DNA of 64,000 bases from Deltaproteobacteria bacterium (GTDB lineage Bacteria; Desulfobacterota; Dissulfuribacteria; Dissulfuribacterales; DYLC01). The translations under genes were made by a program, and so were the position numbers. The notes below the pieces were generated by a model that worked only from the letters and a program-made list of their open reading frames with translations, was not told the origin of the DNA and did no database searches. Shown here piece by piece: positions 19,546-30,207 of the stretch (positions within the stretch are counted from its first letter, which is position 1; each line of letters starts with the position of its first letter). The DNA lies in the NCBI GenBank assembly GCA_028695735.1, contig JAQVIJ010000007.1, positions 5,155 through 69,154 of the forward strand, written 5' to 3'.

Positions 19546-20582
19546 TTCTCCTTGGGGGTATCTTTGGAATAGCTCGGGGTGAACAAACCGTAGTCCTTCA
19601 TCTTGTAAAGCAGGGCAGGCAGGCTGATCTCCAGGATATGGGCTGCCTGAGTCTTGTTTCCGTTGGTCTTGACAAGGGCCCGCTGTATCAGTTCCTTTTC
19701 CAGTACCTTGGAGCGTTTTTTGATGGAGAGGTCGCGATCGTCAAATGTCTCCAAAGGTATGTCCTGAATACCTTTTGGTTTCAGGTCTGCGAATACATCC
19801 GGCAGAAGGGTGTCGCCTTCAGTAAGTGTGATGGCCCGTTCGATGGTACTTTCCAGTTCCATGATGTTTCCAGGCCAGTCGTATTGTTGCAGTATAGCCA
19901 TTGCATCCGGATGGATGGCCTTTATCTTGGTACCGAGCCTGGTATTGTGTTTGGCGAGAAACATGTTGGCAAGGGCTGGAATGTCTTCCACTCTCTGACG
20001 CAGCGGCGGCATGGCCACCGACACCACATTGATCTTGTAGAAGAGCTCTTCCAGAAATTTACCGGCCCTCACTTCCGTAGAAACGTCCTTGGAATTGGCG
20101 AAAATGAAGCGCACATTGAATGGTGTGGGGGTATGGCTGCCTATTGGCGTGAATTTTTCGTCCTGAATGATCTTCAGGAGTTTGAGCTGTAATGAGAGCG
20201 GCATCTGGCATATCTCGTCCAGAAAGAAGGTGCCGCCTTCGGCATCGAGGAGCAGCCCCTTCTGTGGTTTTAACCCGTCATCATCCCGAATGACGCATCC
20301 GGCTATGGCGCAACACATCTCTTTTTCCGTGAGGCTGTTGCAATTGAGATACAGAAACGGTTTGGAGCTGCGGTTGCTGTTTGCATGAATGGTCTTTGCC
20401 AGAAAACCCTTGCCCGTGCCAGGTTCACCGGTGATGAGAATGGTTGTTTTGTAGTCCTTGACTTTTTGCGCTATGTGCAGGATTTCCGCCATGCGAGGGC
20501 TGCCTCCGATGATTTTATCGAAGGAATAGACATCTTTGGTAAGCTCTGGGTCCAGATCGAGGATCAATGCATTTTCTTTCAT
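19542..20582 (-). CDS. Degenerate sigma-54-interaction (AAA+) domain + Fis-type HTH regulator, no receiver domain
   Basis: GEPGTGKG, FFLDEI, WPGN and a C-terminal HTH; GAFTGA is absent. Confidence 0.85.
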   Translation of the reverse strand: MKENALILDLDPELTKDVYSFDKIIGGSPRMAEILHIAQKVKDYKTTILITGEPGTGKGFLAKTIHANSNRSSKPFLYLNCNSLTEKEMCCAIAGCVIRDDDGLKPQKGLLLDAEGGTFFLDEICQMPLSLQLKLLKIIQDEKFTPIGSHTPTPFNVRFIFANSKDVSTEVRAGKFLEELFYKINVVSVAMPPLRQRVEDIPALANMFLAKHNTRLGTKIKAIHPDAMAILQQYDWPGNIMELESTIERAITLTEGDTLLPDVFADLKPKGIQDIPLETFDDRDLSIKKRSKVLEKELIQRALVKTNGNKTQAAHILEISLPALLYKMKDYGLFTPSYSKDTPKEN

Positions 20583-20641
20583 AATTTATTCACTTGAAAA
20601 TAATAAGAGGAATTATAATAACTCCTTGTTAAATTGACGTA

Positions 20642-21445
20642 TTATACCATAAATAATTTCATATACCACGTTATTATAATCTGTCCATAAAAAAGATAAC
20701 AGATGGCTGCCCCTGCTAAAAATGGACCATAGGGTATCTGGGCGTTTTCCCCTTTGCTGTAAAGCCTGGTGTATATCAGTCCGACCACTGCGCCCACAAA
20801 GGCGCTCAGGAATATCACGAACGGAATGGCCTGCCAGCCCAGAAACGCACCGATCATGGCCAAAAGCTTTATGTCGCCACCTCCCATGCCCTCTCTTTTT
20901 GTGACAAGGCAAAAGATAAAGGCTACTGCGTAGAACAGGCCGCCTCCCAGCAGAATGCCCATGAGTGACTGCTGCCAGTCCATGGAATTTGAGATAAATG
21001 AGGCTGCAAAACCTATTGCAATGCCGGGGAGTGAGATTATATCCGGAATGATCATGTGGTCAAGATCGATAAATGTGATGATCACCATCGCAGCACAGAA
21101 GGTGAGATAGATAAAAAAATCCACCTGAAACGGGAATTTCTGCCAGAGAAAAACGGCCAGAATGCCCATGACCAGCTCCACGAACGGATAGCGAAGGGAG
21201 ATGGGCTGATTGCAGGCGCTGCATCTGGCCCTCAGCAATAGAAAGCTCAAAATAGGGATGTTTTCAAACCAGCGGATTACATGGCCGCAGGCAGGACAGG
21301 CCGAGCCAGGAGTGACGATGGAACGTCCCAGGGGAAGCCTGTAAATACAGACATTCAGAAAGCTTCCGATGGCTGCGCCGAGAAGAAAGACGGCTGTTGA
21401 AATGAGTGCGGCAGGTATGTCTGTTATATTCATAGGCATCTCCAT
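20642..21445 (-). CDS. pilD: Prepilin peptidase / N-methyltransferase
   Basis: GSFLNVCIYRLP, two CxxC pairs, IDLDH, GGGDIKL, IPYGPFL. Confidence 0.95.
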   Translation of the reverse strand: MEMPMNITDIPAALISTAVFLLGAAIGSFLNVCIYRLPLGRSIVTPGSACPACGHVIRWFENIPILSFLLLRARCSACNQPISLRYPFVELVMGILAVFLWQKFPFQVDFFIYLTFCAAMVIITFIDLDHMIIPDIISLPGIAIGFAASFISNSMDWQQSLMGILLGGGLFYAVAFIFCLVTKREGMGGGDIKLLAMIGAFLGWQAIPFVIFLSAFVGAVVGLIYTRLYSKGENAQIPYGPFLAGAAICYLFYGQIIITWYMKLFMV

Positions 21446-23241
21446 TATGTCTTAAGGATGCTCAAAAAGGCCTCCTGCGGAATCTCCACCTGGCCCACCT
21501 GCTTCATGCGTTTCTTGCCCTCTTTTTGTTTTTCGAGGAGTTTGCGTTTGCGTGTGATGTCGCCGCCATAGCACTTGGCCGTGACATCCTTGCGCAGAGG
21601 CGCCACGCGTTCCTTGGCGATGATTTTGTTTCCTACTGCGGCCTGAATCACCACTTCGAAGAGCTGGCGTGGTATCTCTTTTTGAAGTTTTTCCACTATT
21701 TCCCTGCCTCGATAGTATGCCTTGTCTGAGTGGACGATGACCGATAGGGCATCAACCGGCTGTTTGTTGATGAGGATATCCATTTTAACCAGTTTGGCCG
21801 GCTTATAATCCTGAAAGTCATAGTCGATGGAGGCATAACCCCTTGTCACCGATTTGAGGCGGTCATAAAAATCCAATACGATCTCGTTGAAGGGGAGTTC
21901 ATAGGTGAGAATGGCCCTGGTCTCGGAGATGAATCGCATATCCTGCTGAATTCCGCGTTTTTCATCACACAATGCCATGACCGCACCGATATATTCCCTC
22001 GGCAGATATATCTCCATGCGAACAAAAGGCTCGGCTATGTATTCGATCTGGTCTGTGGAAGGCATCTGTGCCGGATTATGTATCTGCAATACCTCTCCAC
22101 TCCTCAATTTGATTTCATAGGAGACGGCAGGGGCCGTGCTGATGAGGGAGAGCCCATATTCCCGCTCCAGGCGTTCCTTGACGATCTCCATGTGCAAAAG
22201 CCCGAGAAACCCGCAACGGAAGCCGAAACCAAGGGCTGCGGATGTCTCAGGTTCGTAGGAAAAGGCAGGGTCATTGAGCCAGAGTTTTTCTACAGCCTCT
22301 TTCAGCTGGTCGTACTGGGACGAGTCTATGGGATAAAGACCGCTGAACACCATGGCCTTGACCGGCTTGAAGCCCGGAAGAGGGGTTGCTGCAGGCCGTT
22401 TCTGTTCTGTTATGGTGTCGCCTATCTTGGTGTCACGCACCTGTTTGATGCCGGCTGTTATGAAGCCGACCTCGCCGCATTTCAATTCCTCGATGTCTTG
22501 AGGCCACGGTGTAAACACGCCGACCTTGTCCACTTCATAGCTTTGACCAGTGGACATCATGAGAATGCGTGTCCCAGGCGTCAGTTTTCCATCCATAATG
22601 CGCACCATCACCACAGTACCTTGATATGGATCAAACCATGAATCGAAGATAAGGGCGCGAAGCGCGGCATCGGAGTTGTCTTTTGGCGGAGGAATGCGCT
22701 TGACAATGGCCTCCAGTATCTCTGGCACTCCCATGCCTGTCTTTGCGCTTACACTTAAGGCATTCGATGTATCTATGCCGATGCCTTCTTCTATCTCCTG
22801 CTTGACCCGTTGTGGATCCGCACTGGGCAGGTCTATTTTGTTTAGCACAGGAATGAGTTCCAGATTGTTTTCCATGGCAAGATATACATTTGCCAGGGTC
22901 TGCGCCTCAACCCCCTGGCTGGCATCCACTACGAGAATCGCACCTTCACATGCAGCCAGACTGCGAGATACTTCATAAGAGAAGTCCACATGGCCTGGCG
23001 TGTCGATAAGATTCAATAAATAGGTCTCGCCATCCTTTGCCTTGTAATGCAGCCGCACGGTCTGTGCCTTTATGGTGATACCACGTTCTCTCTCTATATC
23101 CATCTTGTCGAGGAATTGTGACTTCATCTCTCTACTGGATACAGCGCCTGTTATCTCCAGAATGCGGTCTGCAAGTGTGGATTTGCCATGGTCTATATGG
23201 GCTATGATGCAGAAATTACGTATTCTGCTCGTGTGGTTCAT
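21445..23241 (-). CDS. lepA: Elongation factor 4
   Basis: [46 protein letters not shown]. Confidence 0.98.
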   Translation of the reverse strand: MNHTSRIRNFCIIAHIDHGKSTLADRILEITGAVSSREMKSQFLDKMDIERERGITIKAQTVRLHYKAKDGETYLLNLIDTPGHVDFSYEVSRSLAACEGAILVVDASQGVEAQTLANVYLAMENNLELIPVLNKIDLPSADPQRVKQEIEEGIGIDTSNALSVSAKTGMGVPEILEAIVKRIPPPKDNSDAALRALIFDSWFDPYQGTVVMVRIMDGKLTPGTRILMMSTGQSYEVDKVGVFTPWPQDIEELKCGEVGFITAGIKQVRDTKIGDTITEQKRPAATPLPGFKPVKAMVFSGLYPIDSSQYDQLKEAVEKLWLNDPAFSYEPETSAALGFGFRCGFLGLLHMEIVKERLEREYGLSLISTAPAVSYEIKLRSGEVLQIHNPAQMPSTDQIEYIAEPFVRMEIYLPREYIGAVMALCDEKRGIQQDMRFISETRAILTYELPFNEIVLDFYDRLKSVTRGYASIDYDFQDYKPAKLVKMDILINKQPVDALSVIVHSDKAYYRGREIVEKLQKEIPRQLFEVVIQAAVGNKIIAKERVAPLRKDVTAKCYGGDITRKRKLLEKQKEGKKRMKQVGQVEIPQEAFLSILKT

Positions 23242-23437
23242 TCATTCCTCCGATAGTTTTTCGAGTTTACAGGCATTTTGTTATTTTTTTGTTGATTTTT
23301 AATTTTACTTCATGCTATGATTTGCCGAAATATTATATTGAAAGTTAAAATAAACAAGTTATAAATGTAAATAACGTACAAAACCCACGACACAACTGAC
23401 GCCAAATTCTAACTGAGGGCTTTATAAATTCAACGAC

Positions 23438-24529
23438 ATGATAAAAAAACTCTTCGGTGGCATAAAGTGGACGGAACAGCCGACCATAGGCTTGGATATA
23501 GGCTCTTATGCTGTAAAGATGGTGGAGTTGTCCGGAACTCCCGGCAGTGAGCCTCATAATCAAACCCTCCGCAGGATAGGCATGGCGCGTGTGCCGGCGG
23601 GGGTAATCTCCGAGGGCTCCATCAAGGAATACAACATATTGCTTGATATCATATCATCATTGCTGGCCAATCTCCAGCCCAAAAATAAAAGGGTCACATC
23701 GTCCATCTCGGGCTATTCGGTTATTGTCAAAAAAATCACACTTGGTTACAAGACAGAAAAGGAAATAGAAGACAATCTGGCCCTGGAGGCGGAGAATTAT
23801 ATACCATTTGATATTCAGGATGTCTTCATGGATTTTCATATGCTTAAACAGGGCGCCACAGAGAAGACTACCGATATCTTTCTGGCCGCAGCAAAAAAAG
23901 ACATCGTAAACCTCTATGCCAATCTTATTCAGGACTTGGGCTATACGCCTTCCATTATAGATGTGGATACCTTTGCCCTGAACAACGCCCTGGAGGTATC
24001 GGTCGCCGGCAAACCGGATGCGTTGAATGCTATCGGCATCATAGACATGGGTGCGACCAAGTCCAATCTCGTGATATCCATCGAGGGTGAGCCGGTCTTC
24101 ATGCGGGATATGGCTATAGGCGGTAATCAGTTGACCGAGGCCATAGCCGAGTCCACCGGCATGAGTTTCGACGATGCCGAAAGAATCAAGCTCACGGGCA
24201 CGGCAGACTCCGGTCTTGCCGGCGAGATATCGCTGATCTGTATGGATGTCTGTCAGGTGTGGTCGGAAGAGATTCGAAAGGCGTTGGAGTTTTATCAGGC
24301 CAACACCATATCCAGCCAGGTTCCGAAAAAATTATTCCTGACCGGGGGCACTGCCATGTTGAACGGTTTGACTCAAAAGATCGCTGAAGCTGTGGGTGTG
24401 GAGACCGTGCTTTTTGATCCGTTTGAGGATTTTGCTTTGGATAAGGCCATCAACCCCAGATATGTACAGACTATTGCCCCGCAGTTTGCAGTAGCACTGG
24501 GTTTGGCCCTGAGGACGGTGGAAAGATAA
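23438..24529 (+). CDS. pilM: Type IV pilus assembly protein PilM
   Basis: GLDIGSYAVK, IDMGA, LTGG and VALGLALR (actin-like fold). Confidence 0.93.
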   Translation: MIKKLFGGIKWTEQPTIGLDIGSYAVKMVELSGTPGSEPHNQTLRRIGMARVPAGVISEGSIKEYNILLDIISSLLANLQPKNKRVTSSISGYSVIVKKITLGYKTEKEIEDNLALEAENYIPFDIQDVFMDFHMLKQGATEKTTDIFLAAAKKDIVNLYANLIQDLGYTPSIIDVDTFALNNALEVSVAGKPDALNAIGIIDMGATKSNLVISIEGEPVFMRDMAIGGNQLTEAIAESTGMSFDDAERIKLTGTADSGLAGEISLICMDVCQVWSEEIRKALEFYQANTISSQVPKKLFLTGGTAMLNGLTQKIAEAVGVETVLFDPFEDFALDKAINPRYVQTIAPQFAVALGLALRTVER

Positions 24530-25215
24530 TGATACGCATAAATCTGTTACCGGTCAGGGAATGGCGTAAAAAAGAGGCGCTGCGGCAGCTGATATCCATC
24601 TTTTTTCTGTCTTTTCTGCTCATGCTGGTGGCCTGCCTGGCAGTTGGTATAACCCTGCAGGCCAGGGTTTCCGCTGCCCGTGAGGCCCATGCCAAACTGG
24701 AAGATCGGAAAAAACAGCTTGATTATGTGGAAAAGACCATAAAGGACCTGGAGGCCAAGGCAAAAGATATAGATAACAAATTCGCCACGATAGAAGACTT
24801 GCAACGTGGCAGGACCCTCAGCCTGGAGATACTGGATTATATATCCAGTGTCATTCCAGGGGAGCGTATGTGGATTTCGAAGCTGGACCTCAAGGAGAAT
24901 CGTCTGACCATGACCGGTTTCGCCCTGGATAACCATACGGTTGCGTTTTTTATGAGCCGGCTGGAACCATTCAAGCTCTTCAAGGCTGTCACCCTGACCA
25001 GTATCGCTAAAAAGCCATACGAAGGCCAGGAGAACAAAAACAAGGGGCAGAAGCAGGGTGGTGATGTGCAGGAGCTCATGAATTTTGAGATAGCGGTGGA
25101 GATTGAGGTGCCAAAGGAGCTCCAGCCCTCCAGAAAAGCAACACCCCCAGGCTCTAAACCTGTCTCCGGAGCAGCAGGCTCTGGAACCAAGACTGAACAG
25201 GGTAAAAGAATATGA
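24529..25215 (+). CDS. pilN: Type IV pilus assembly protein PilN
   Basis: MIRINLLP motif, TM helix, coiled coil. Confidence 0.92.
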   Translation: MIRINLLPVREWRKKEALRQLISIFFLSFLLMLVACLAVGITLQARVSAAREAHAKLEDRKKQLDYVEKTIKDLEAKAKDIDNKFATIEDLQRGRTLSLEILDYISSVIPGERMWISKLDLKENRLTMTGFALDNHTVAFFMSRLEPFKLFKAVTLTSIAKKPYEGQENKNKGQKQGGDVQELMNFEIAVEIEVPKELQPSRKATPPGSKPVSGAAGSGTKTEQGKRI

Positions 25216-26000
25216 ATATCGGCCTTTCATTAAATAAAATAAAGATACCGGCCAATCTCTTTCAAACCCTCTATGCCATGCCGTTTTGGCAGAAGGCAGC
25301 CATTTTTGGCGTTAGTCTGGCCTTGCCTGTGGTGCTTTTTGGAGTGCTGTTCGTGTGGCCCTCAATGGAAGAAATTCAGGAAAAGGAAAAGGCCATAGCC
25401 AAATTGCAGGAAGATGTGGCATTCCTGGAGAAACGTGCGGAACTCATTCCAGTGCTGCAGGAGGAGAACAGGGCCACCACCGAGATACTGGCAGTGGCCA
25501 TAAGATTGCTTCCCGAGACACAGGATATCCCGTCAATTTTGGCCGAGCTGGCAACCCTGGGCAATGAAGCCCGTGTCACTGTGCTGAAGGTGAAGCCGGA
25601 ACAGGAGCAAAAGCATGAATTCTATGCCACTATCCCCATCACCCTGGAGCTTCAGGGCGGTTTTCATAACATAATGAGCTTGCTGGATCGTGTAGCACAT
25701 ATGAATCGCATAGTGCGTATAGCCGATGTACAGATGGATGGGGCCAGGCGGGTGCAGGACATTTTCAGCCAGACTACCGAGGTACAGGCAGGAAGTCAGC
25801 TGGCAAGTCCTCTGGCAAGTCAGGCAGGAGGGCAGGCCGCGGACATCTCCAGTCCTGAGGGGACGTCTGAGACGGCAAGTCTCTGGCAGATAAACGCCCG
25901 CTGCAATGCCATGACCTATCGTTTTCTCACCGAAGCGGAGATAAAGGCTGAACAGGCCAAAAAGGCTGAAGAAGAAAAGAAAAAGGCAGGTAAGAAATAG
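25212..26000 (+). CDS. pilO: Type IV pilus assembly protein PilO
   Basis: TM helix, coiled coil, LLP...IPSIL, FYATIPI...GGFH; position in the operon. Confidence 0.9.
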   Translation: MNIGLSLNKIKIPANLFQTLYAMPFWQKAAIFGVSLALPVVLFGVLFVWPSMEEIQEKEKAIAKLQEDVAFLEKRAELIPVLQEENRATTEILAVAIRLLPETQDIPSILAELATLGNEARVTVLKVKPEQEQKHEFYATIPITLELQGGFHNIMSLLDRVAHMNRIVRIADVQMDGARRVQDIFSQTTEVQAGSQLASPLASQAGGQAADISSPEGTSETASLWQINARCNAMTYRFLTEAEIKAEQAKKAEEEKKKAGKK

Positions 26001-26001
26001 C

Positions 26002-26598
26002 ATGGGAGCTATCACTCTACTTACGGCTACCACCTTTCCCAGGGGCTTAAAAAAAAGATGCCTTTTTACTGTCTGGTGTATCTTGCTCTTGTCCTTGCTT
26101 GCCGCCTGTGAGGGTGAACAGACGAATCCAGGCGCTGCATCCGGCTCCAAAAAGCCGATAGGTCAGTCTGCAGGCCAGATGTCTTTGAAGGTCACTAAAC
26201 TACAGGAAAGGTTACAGGCCCTTTTGGAGCCGATACAATATAAATATGTGCCCAAAGGCAAATATGATATCTTCCAACCTTTTATAAAGACAACGATTCA
26301 GCAATCCACTGCCCCTTCAGGCCCAAAGGTGTGTGCAACTGCATTGGAGTGCATGGATGTGGGGCAATTGACATTGGTAGCCATAGTTAAACGTGCTGAT
26401 AAAAGTTATATGGCCATGGCAGAAGATGCGTCAGGTGTGGGCTACCCAATTTGGCTTGGCACTAAAATCGGATATAAAAAGGGTGTGGTCACGGATATCA
26501 AAGAGGATCGTGTCATCATAAGGGAAGAGGGTCAAGACGTGCGGGGCAGAAATATATCTGTGGAACGGGTCCTTTTTCTACATCCGGAGGGGAAATAA
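26002..26598 (+). CDS. pilP: Type IV pilus lipoprotein PilP
   Basis: LAAC lipobox, DIFQPF, LE...QLTLVAI, G..IG motif. Confidence 0.85.
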   Translation: MGAITLLTATTFPRGLKKRCLFTVWCILLLSLLAACEGEQTNPGAASGSKKPIGQSAGQMSLKVTKLQERLQALLEPIQYKYVPKGKYDIFQPFIKTTIQQSTAPSGPKVCATALECMDVGQLTLVAIVKRADKSYMAMAEDASGVGYPIWLGTKIGYKKGVVTDIKEDRVIIREEGQDVRGRNISVERVLFLHPEGK

Positions 26599-27839
26599 TG
26601 AGGCAGCGTGTACCGTTTGGATTGATAACAGCGTGTTGTTTATTGTGTCCAACCGTCTTTCTATGTGCAGCCGATGTGGGGGCAGCCGAATCGGCAAAGA
26701 CAGGTGAGCGCGGTGATGTTAAAAACCTGGTCAAAGAGATAACAGCTGTGCAGCCCGCCGGCGCAGTCACCGGTCTGGAGCCGGTGGGTGTCGTAACAGC
26801 TGGTCCAGCCGCGCCCCCTATGGATAACATCCCTGCAACAGGGGAGGTGCCCAAGGCTAAGGTAACGGCCAAGGATGCAGAGCGTATCAGTGTAGATTTT
26901 TACAAGGTCGATCTGCACAATGTCTTCAGGCTTCTGGGCCAGGTCAGTCACAAGAATATCGTTGTGGATGAAAAGGTAAACGGCACCCTTACATTGGCGC
27001 TTCAGGATGTGCCGTGGCCATTCATACTTGAAGTCATCAAAAATCTCAAGGACTTGGACAGCGTAGAGAAAGAAAATACCATCCTGATCTACCCTCGTGA
27101 CAAGAAGGTCGAGTGGGCGAAGGAGGAACTGGGAAACAAAGGCCAGTTGGAGATGGTGGATAAGTCTTTAGAGCTTTCGCAGAAGAAGTCTGAAGAACCC
27201 AAGGGCGCTGAGCTCGTCATCGATACACAGGACATGATTCAGTCTCCCCTGGAGGATATCATGAAGGCCCAGGAGGTCATGGCGCGGGCCATCTCCGTGG
27301 AAAAGAGGGGGGATGTGAGGCAGGCCAGGGACCTTTATGTGCAGGCATCCGAACTTTGGCCGGAGAATGCCTCCCTTTCCAAAAAGATAGCCGCTTTGGC
27401 CCTTGGGAGGAGCGGGGATGAGATAATGGCCTTGAACTACGCCAAAAAGGCCCTGCGGATAATGCCGAAGGACGGAGAGGCCGCCACCCTGGCAGCAGTG
27501 GCCCTGGCCAGAATGGGGAAGGCAGAGGATGCCCGTATCTATTTCGAGCGGGCCATGAATGCCGAGAATGTCTCCATGCAGACCCTTTACAACTATGCCG
27601 TTTTTCTTTTTTCGTCAGGCGCTTACAGGGATGCCATGAGAGTGACAAACAGGATTGAAACCAGTTTCACCCTTTCGCCTGAAGTCATGCTGCTCAAGGC
27701 CATGTGTCTGGAGGCCCTCAATAATCCGGAACAGGCGGCAGCGGAATACAGGGCGATTCTAAACGCAGGAAAGGGTGTCCCTGCGGAGATGTTGCGTGCG
27801 GCTGAACAGAGATTGCAGGCAATGGGCCGCAACAGATAA
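26598..27839 (+). CDS. Periplasmic protein with a PilQ-like N0/STN domain fused to TPR repeats; no secretin domain
   Basis: ISVDFYKVDLHNVFRLL...NIVVDEKVNGTLTLALQDVPW resembles the PilQ N0 domain; the C-terminal half is Ala/Tyr-patterned TPR helices. Confidence 0.75.
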   Translation: MRQRVPFGLITACCLLCPTVFLCAADVGAAESAKTGERGDVKNLVKEITAVQPAGAVTGLEPVGVVTAGPAAPPMDNIPATGEVPKAKVTAKDAERISVDFYKVDLHNVFRLLGQVSHKNIVVDEKVNGTLTLALQDVPWPFILEVIKNLKDLDSVEKENTILIYPRDKKVEWAKEELGNKGQLEMVDKSLELSQKKSEEPKGAELVIDTQDMIQSPLEDIMKAQEVMARAISVEKRGDVRQARDLYVQASELWPENASLSKKIAALALGRSGDEIMALNYAKKALRIMPKDGEAATLAAVALARMGKAEDARIYFERAMNAENVSMQTLYNYAVFLFSSGAYRDAMRVTNRIETSFTLSPEVMLLKAMCLEALNNPEQAAAEYRAILNAGKGVPAEMLRAAEQRLQAMGRNR

Positions 27840-27868
27840 TGGAAAATGTGAATCAGGAGGCGAGGAGA

Positions 27869-29749
27869 ATGTCCATACAAAGATTGTGCAGCGTGTCTGT
27901 TGTCATGCTGATTCTGAGTGTCTTTTTGTTGGCAGGTTGTGCATCCCAAAGGTCTGCATCAAAGACGGAAGAAGGGCTGCAAGAAAAGGGGCAGACGCAT
28001 GAAGACCTTTATCAGGGGATACAGAACAAGGCTGATAATACTCAAGCCCCTGCTGCCTTAAAACAGGGTTCACCTTATAAACCTGGTGTGGATTGGCGTC
28101 CATCCTATGCAGTTTCCGACATGGCCGTTCAGGTGGAGGCAAACAGACTGCCTAAAATGAAGGTCGGCGCGGATATACATACCACAAAAGGCAAGGTGCC
28201 CTTGAACGAGGCTGTCAAGAAGATGGCGGATCTCAAGGGGTTGAATGTGAGCTGGAACAGCGATGTCAATCAGACATATCTGGTGGATGTGCATGTGAAC
28301 GCCGATGACGACTATTGGGCCGCTCTGAACAATATCCTGCGTCAATTGGATTATGGTTTTGAGCTGCAGGGGAATACCATTGTGGTGCGTTATAAAGAGA
28401 CTCGAAAGTTCTATCTGCCCATGCCCTTTATATCAGCCAGTTATAAGACCGCAACAGGTGGGGATATGCTGGGAGGAAAGGACAGCTCAACCACAAGTTC
28501 TGCTTTGAATTCGGCTACAACAGGTAAAACCAGTGGATTGGTGGCCTTGGAGCACAAGGCAGATGCCATAGACCTCTGGGCCTCCATAGAAAAGAACTTG
28601 GACAAGATACTTCGAGTGCAGAGCATACAGGTAGGACAGGCCGCACCTGGCCTTTCCAGCCAGGATATCGCTGCCATAGAGGATGAATGTACCGAGAAAT
28701 ATCCTAAGGATGAGGATAAAAGGGCGGCCTGTATAGATAACGGCATCAAGAGATCCGCCACCAAGATGGTAGGTGGGGCATCAGCCAGCAAGATACTGGA
28801 AAATAAGCCAGCAAAAAATACTAAAGAAGATGCCAAGGCAGAGGTGCAGGCCCAACAGGGGGACCGTGAAGGTTTCTTTTATACCATCGACAGGCCGCTG
28901 GGCATCATTACGGTTACTGCGCCCAAGTCCCTTCTGGATCAGGTGGATGCCTATGTGAAGATGCTGAAGGCCGAGATGTTCCGTCAGGTGGTGATAGAGG
29001 CCAAGATACTGGAGGTTACGCTTAACACAGGCTCGGAAAGGGGCGTGGACTGGACCCAGTTTTTGAATAATGCCAAGAGTGAGGGTTTCAATATAAAGGC
29101 CAATTTCGGCAATAACGGCATGTTCTATCCCCATGGCAGCAACCAGTTTCTGGCGAGTTTGAGCCTGGATCGCCCACAGTTTACGCTTCTTCTGGACTTT
29201 TTGAACAATTACGGCAACGTGCGCGTCCTCTCCAATCCCAAGCTCTCCATGCTGAACGGCCAGCCCGCCATGATAACCGTGGGTAATACAGTAAAATACA
29301 TAGACGAGGTCAAGGTAAACGAGACCAGCAGTTCTGGATCGGTGACCATTACTTACGATATAAAAACAGCCAACATCCTCTCAGGTATAGGTTTGAGCGT
29401 GATGGCCAGTATTCAAGGGGATGATGAGGTATTGCTGCACATTACGCCCATCACCACGGAGTTACAGGAACCCATAGAATACAAAGATTTTACCAGTTCC
29501 ACAGGGAGTCTTGCCAGTGTGGGCCTGCCAAGAGTGGCCATCCGTGAGCTCACCACCATGGCCCGCGTGAAAAACGGTGAGTTTCTGATTGTCGGGGGTC
29601 TGATCGACAAAAAGGAAGGTAATGACGACAACGGCGTTCCCTTCTTGGAGCGATTACCGCTCATAGGCTATGCCTTCAAGCATACCAAGGAATTCACCAA
29701 CAAACGGGAGCTGATCATCCTTTTGCGGCCTGAGATCATAAACCTGTGA
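27869..29749 (+). CDS. Secretin, MshL/GspD-like lipoprotein
   Basis: LAGC lipobox; QVVIEAKILEV, VLSNPK...NGQPA, IVGGLI, VPFLERLPLIGYAF and ELIILLRP secretin motifs. Confidence 0.9.
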   Translation: MSIQRLCSVSVVMLILSVFLLAGCASQRSASKTEEGLQEKGQTHEDLYQGIQNKADNTQAPAALKQGSPYKPGVDWRPSYAVSDMAVQVEANRLPKMKVGADIHTTKGKVPLNEAVKKMADLKGLNVSWNSDVNQTYLVDVHVNADDDYWAALNNILRQLDYGFELQGNTIVVRYKETRKFYLPMPFISASYKTATGGDMLGGKDSSTTSSALNSATTGKTSGLVALEHKADAIDLWASIEKNLDKILRVQSIQVGQAAPGLSSQDIAAIEDECTEKYPKDEDKRAACIDNGIKRSATKMVGGASASKILENKPAKNTKEDAKAEVQAQQGDREGFFYTIDRPLGIITVTAPKSLLDQVDAYVKMLKAEMFRQVVIEAKILEVTLNTGSERGVDWTQFLNNAKSEGFNIKANFGNNGMFYPHGSNQFLASLSLDRPQFTLLLDFLNNYGNVRVLSNPKLSMLNGQPAMITVGNTVKYIDEVKVNETSSSGSVTITYDIKTANILSGIGLSVMASIQGDDEVLLHITPITTELQEPIEYKDFTSSTGSLASVGLPRVAIRELTTMARVKNGEFLIVGGLIDKKEGNDDNGVPFLERLPLIGYAFKHTKEFTNKRELIILLRPEIINL

Positions 29750-29778
29750 TATGTACTAACCAAGCTGAATAGGAGAAT

Positions 29779-30207
29779 ATGTCCGAAAGCAACATTACAA
29801 GAATAGGTGTGTCCCTGCCCTCTGATTTGCTGGATAAATTCGATCGTTACATTGAAGCGAGGCAATATACCAACAGATCGGAGGCCATTCGAGACCTTAT
29901 AAGAGACCGTCTGGTGCAACAGGACTGGGAGATGTCGGCCAATAAGGAAGTGGCTGGCACCATCACCTATGTCTATGACCACCATAAACGTGAATTATTG
30001 GATGAAATAGTGAATATGCAGCACGATTACAGTCAACACGTTTTGGCGGCTCAGCACATACATCTCGATCACCACAATTGTCTGGAGGTTGCGGTGGTCA
30101 GGGGTGTCCCTGCCGTGCTTTTCGAACTCACCAACAGATTGACGGCGCTGAAAGGCATCAAACACTGCAAGCTGGTCATGACCACTACCGGAGCGGAACT
30201 GAGCTGA
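29779..30207 (+). CDS. nikR: Nickel-responsive regulator
   Basis: RIGVSL ribbon-helix-helix, NRSEAIRDLIR, YDHH, HIHLDHHNCLE. Confidence 0.95.
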   Translation: MSESNITRIGVSLPSDLLDKFDRYIEARQYTNRSEAIRDLIRDRLVQQDWEMSANKEVAGTITYVYDHHKRELLDEIVNMQHDYSQHVLAAQHIHLDHHNCLEVAVVRGVPAVLFELTNRLTALKGIKHCKLVMTTTGAELS

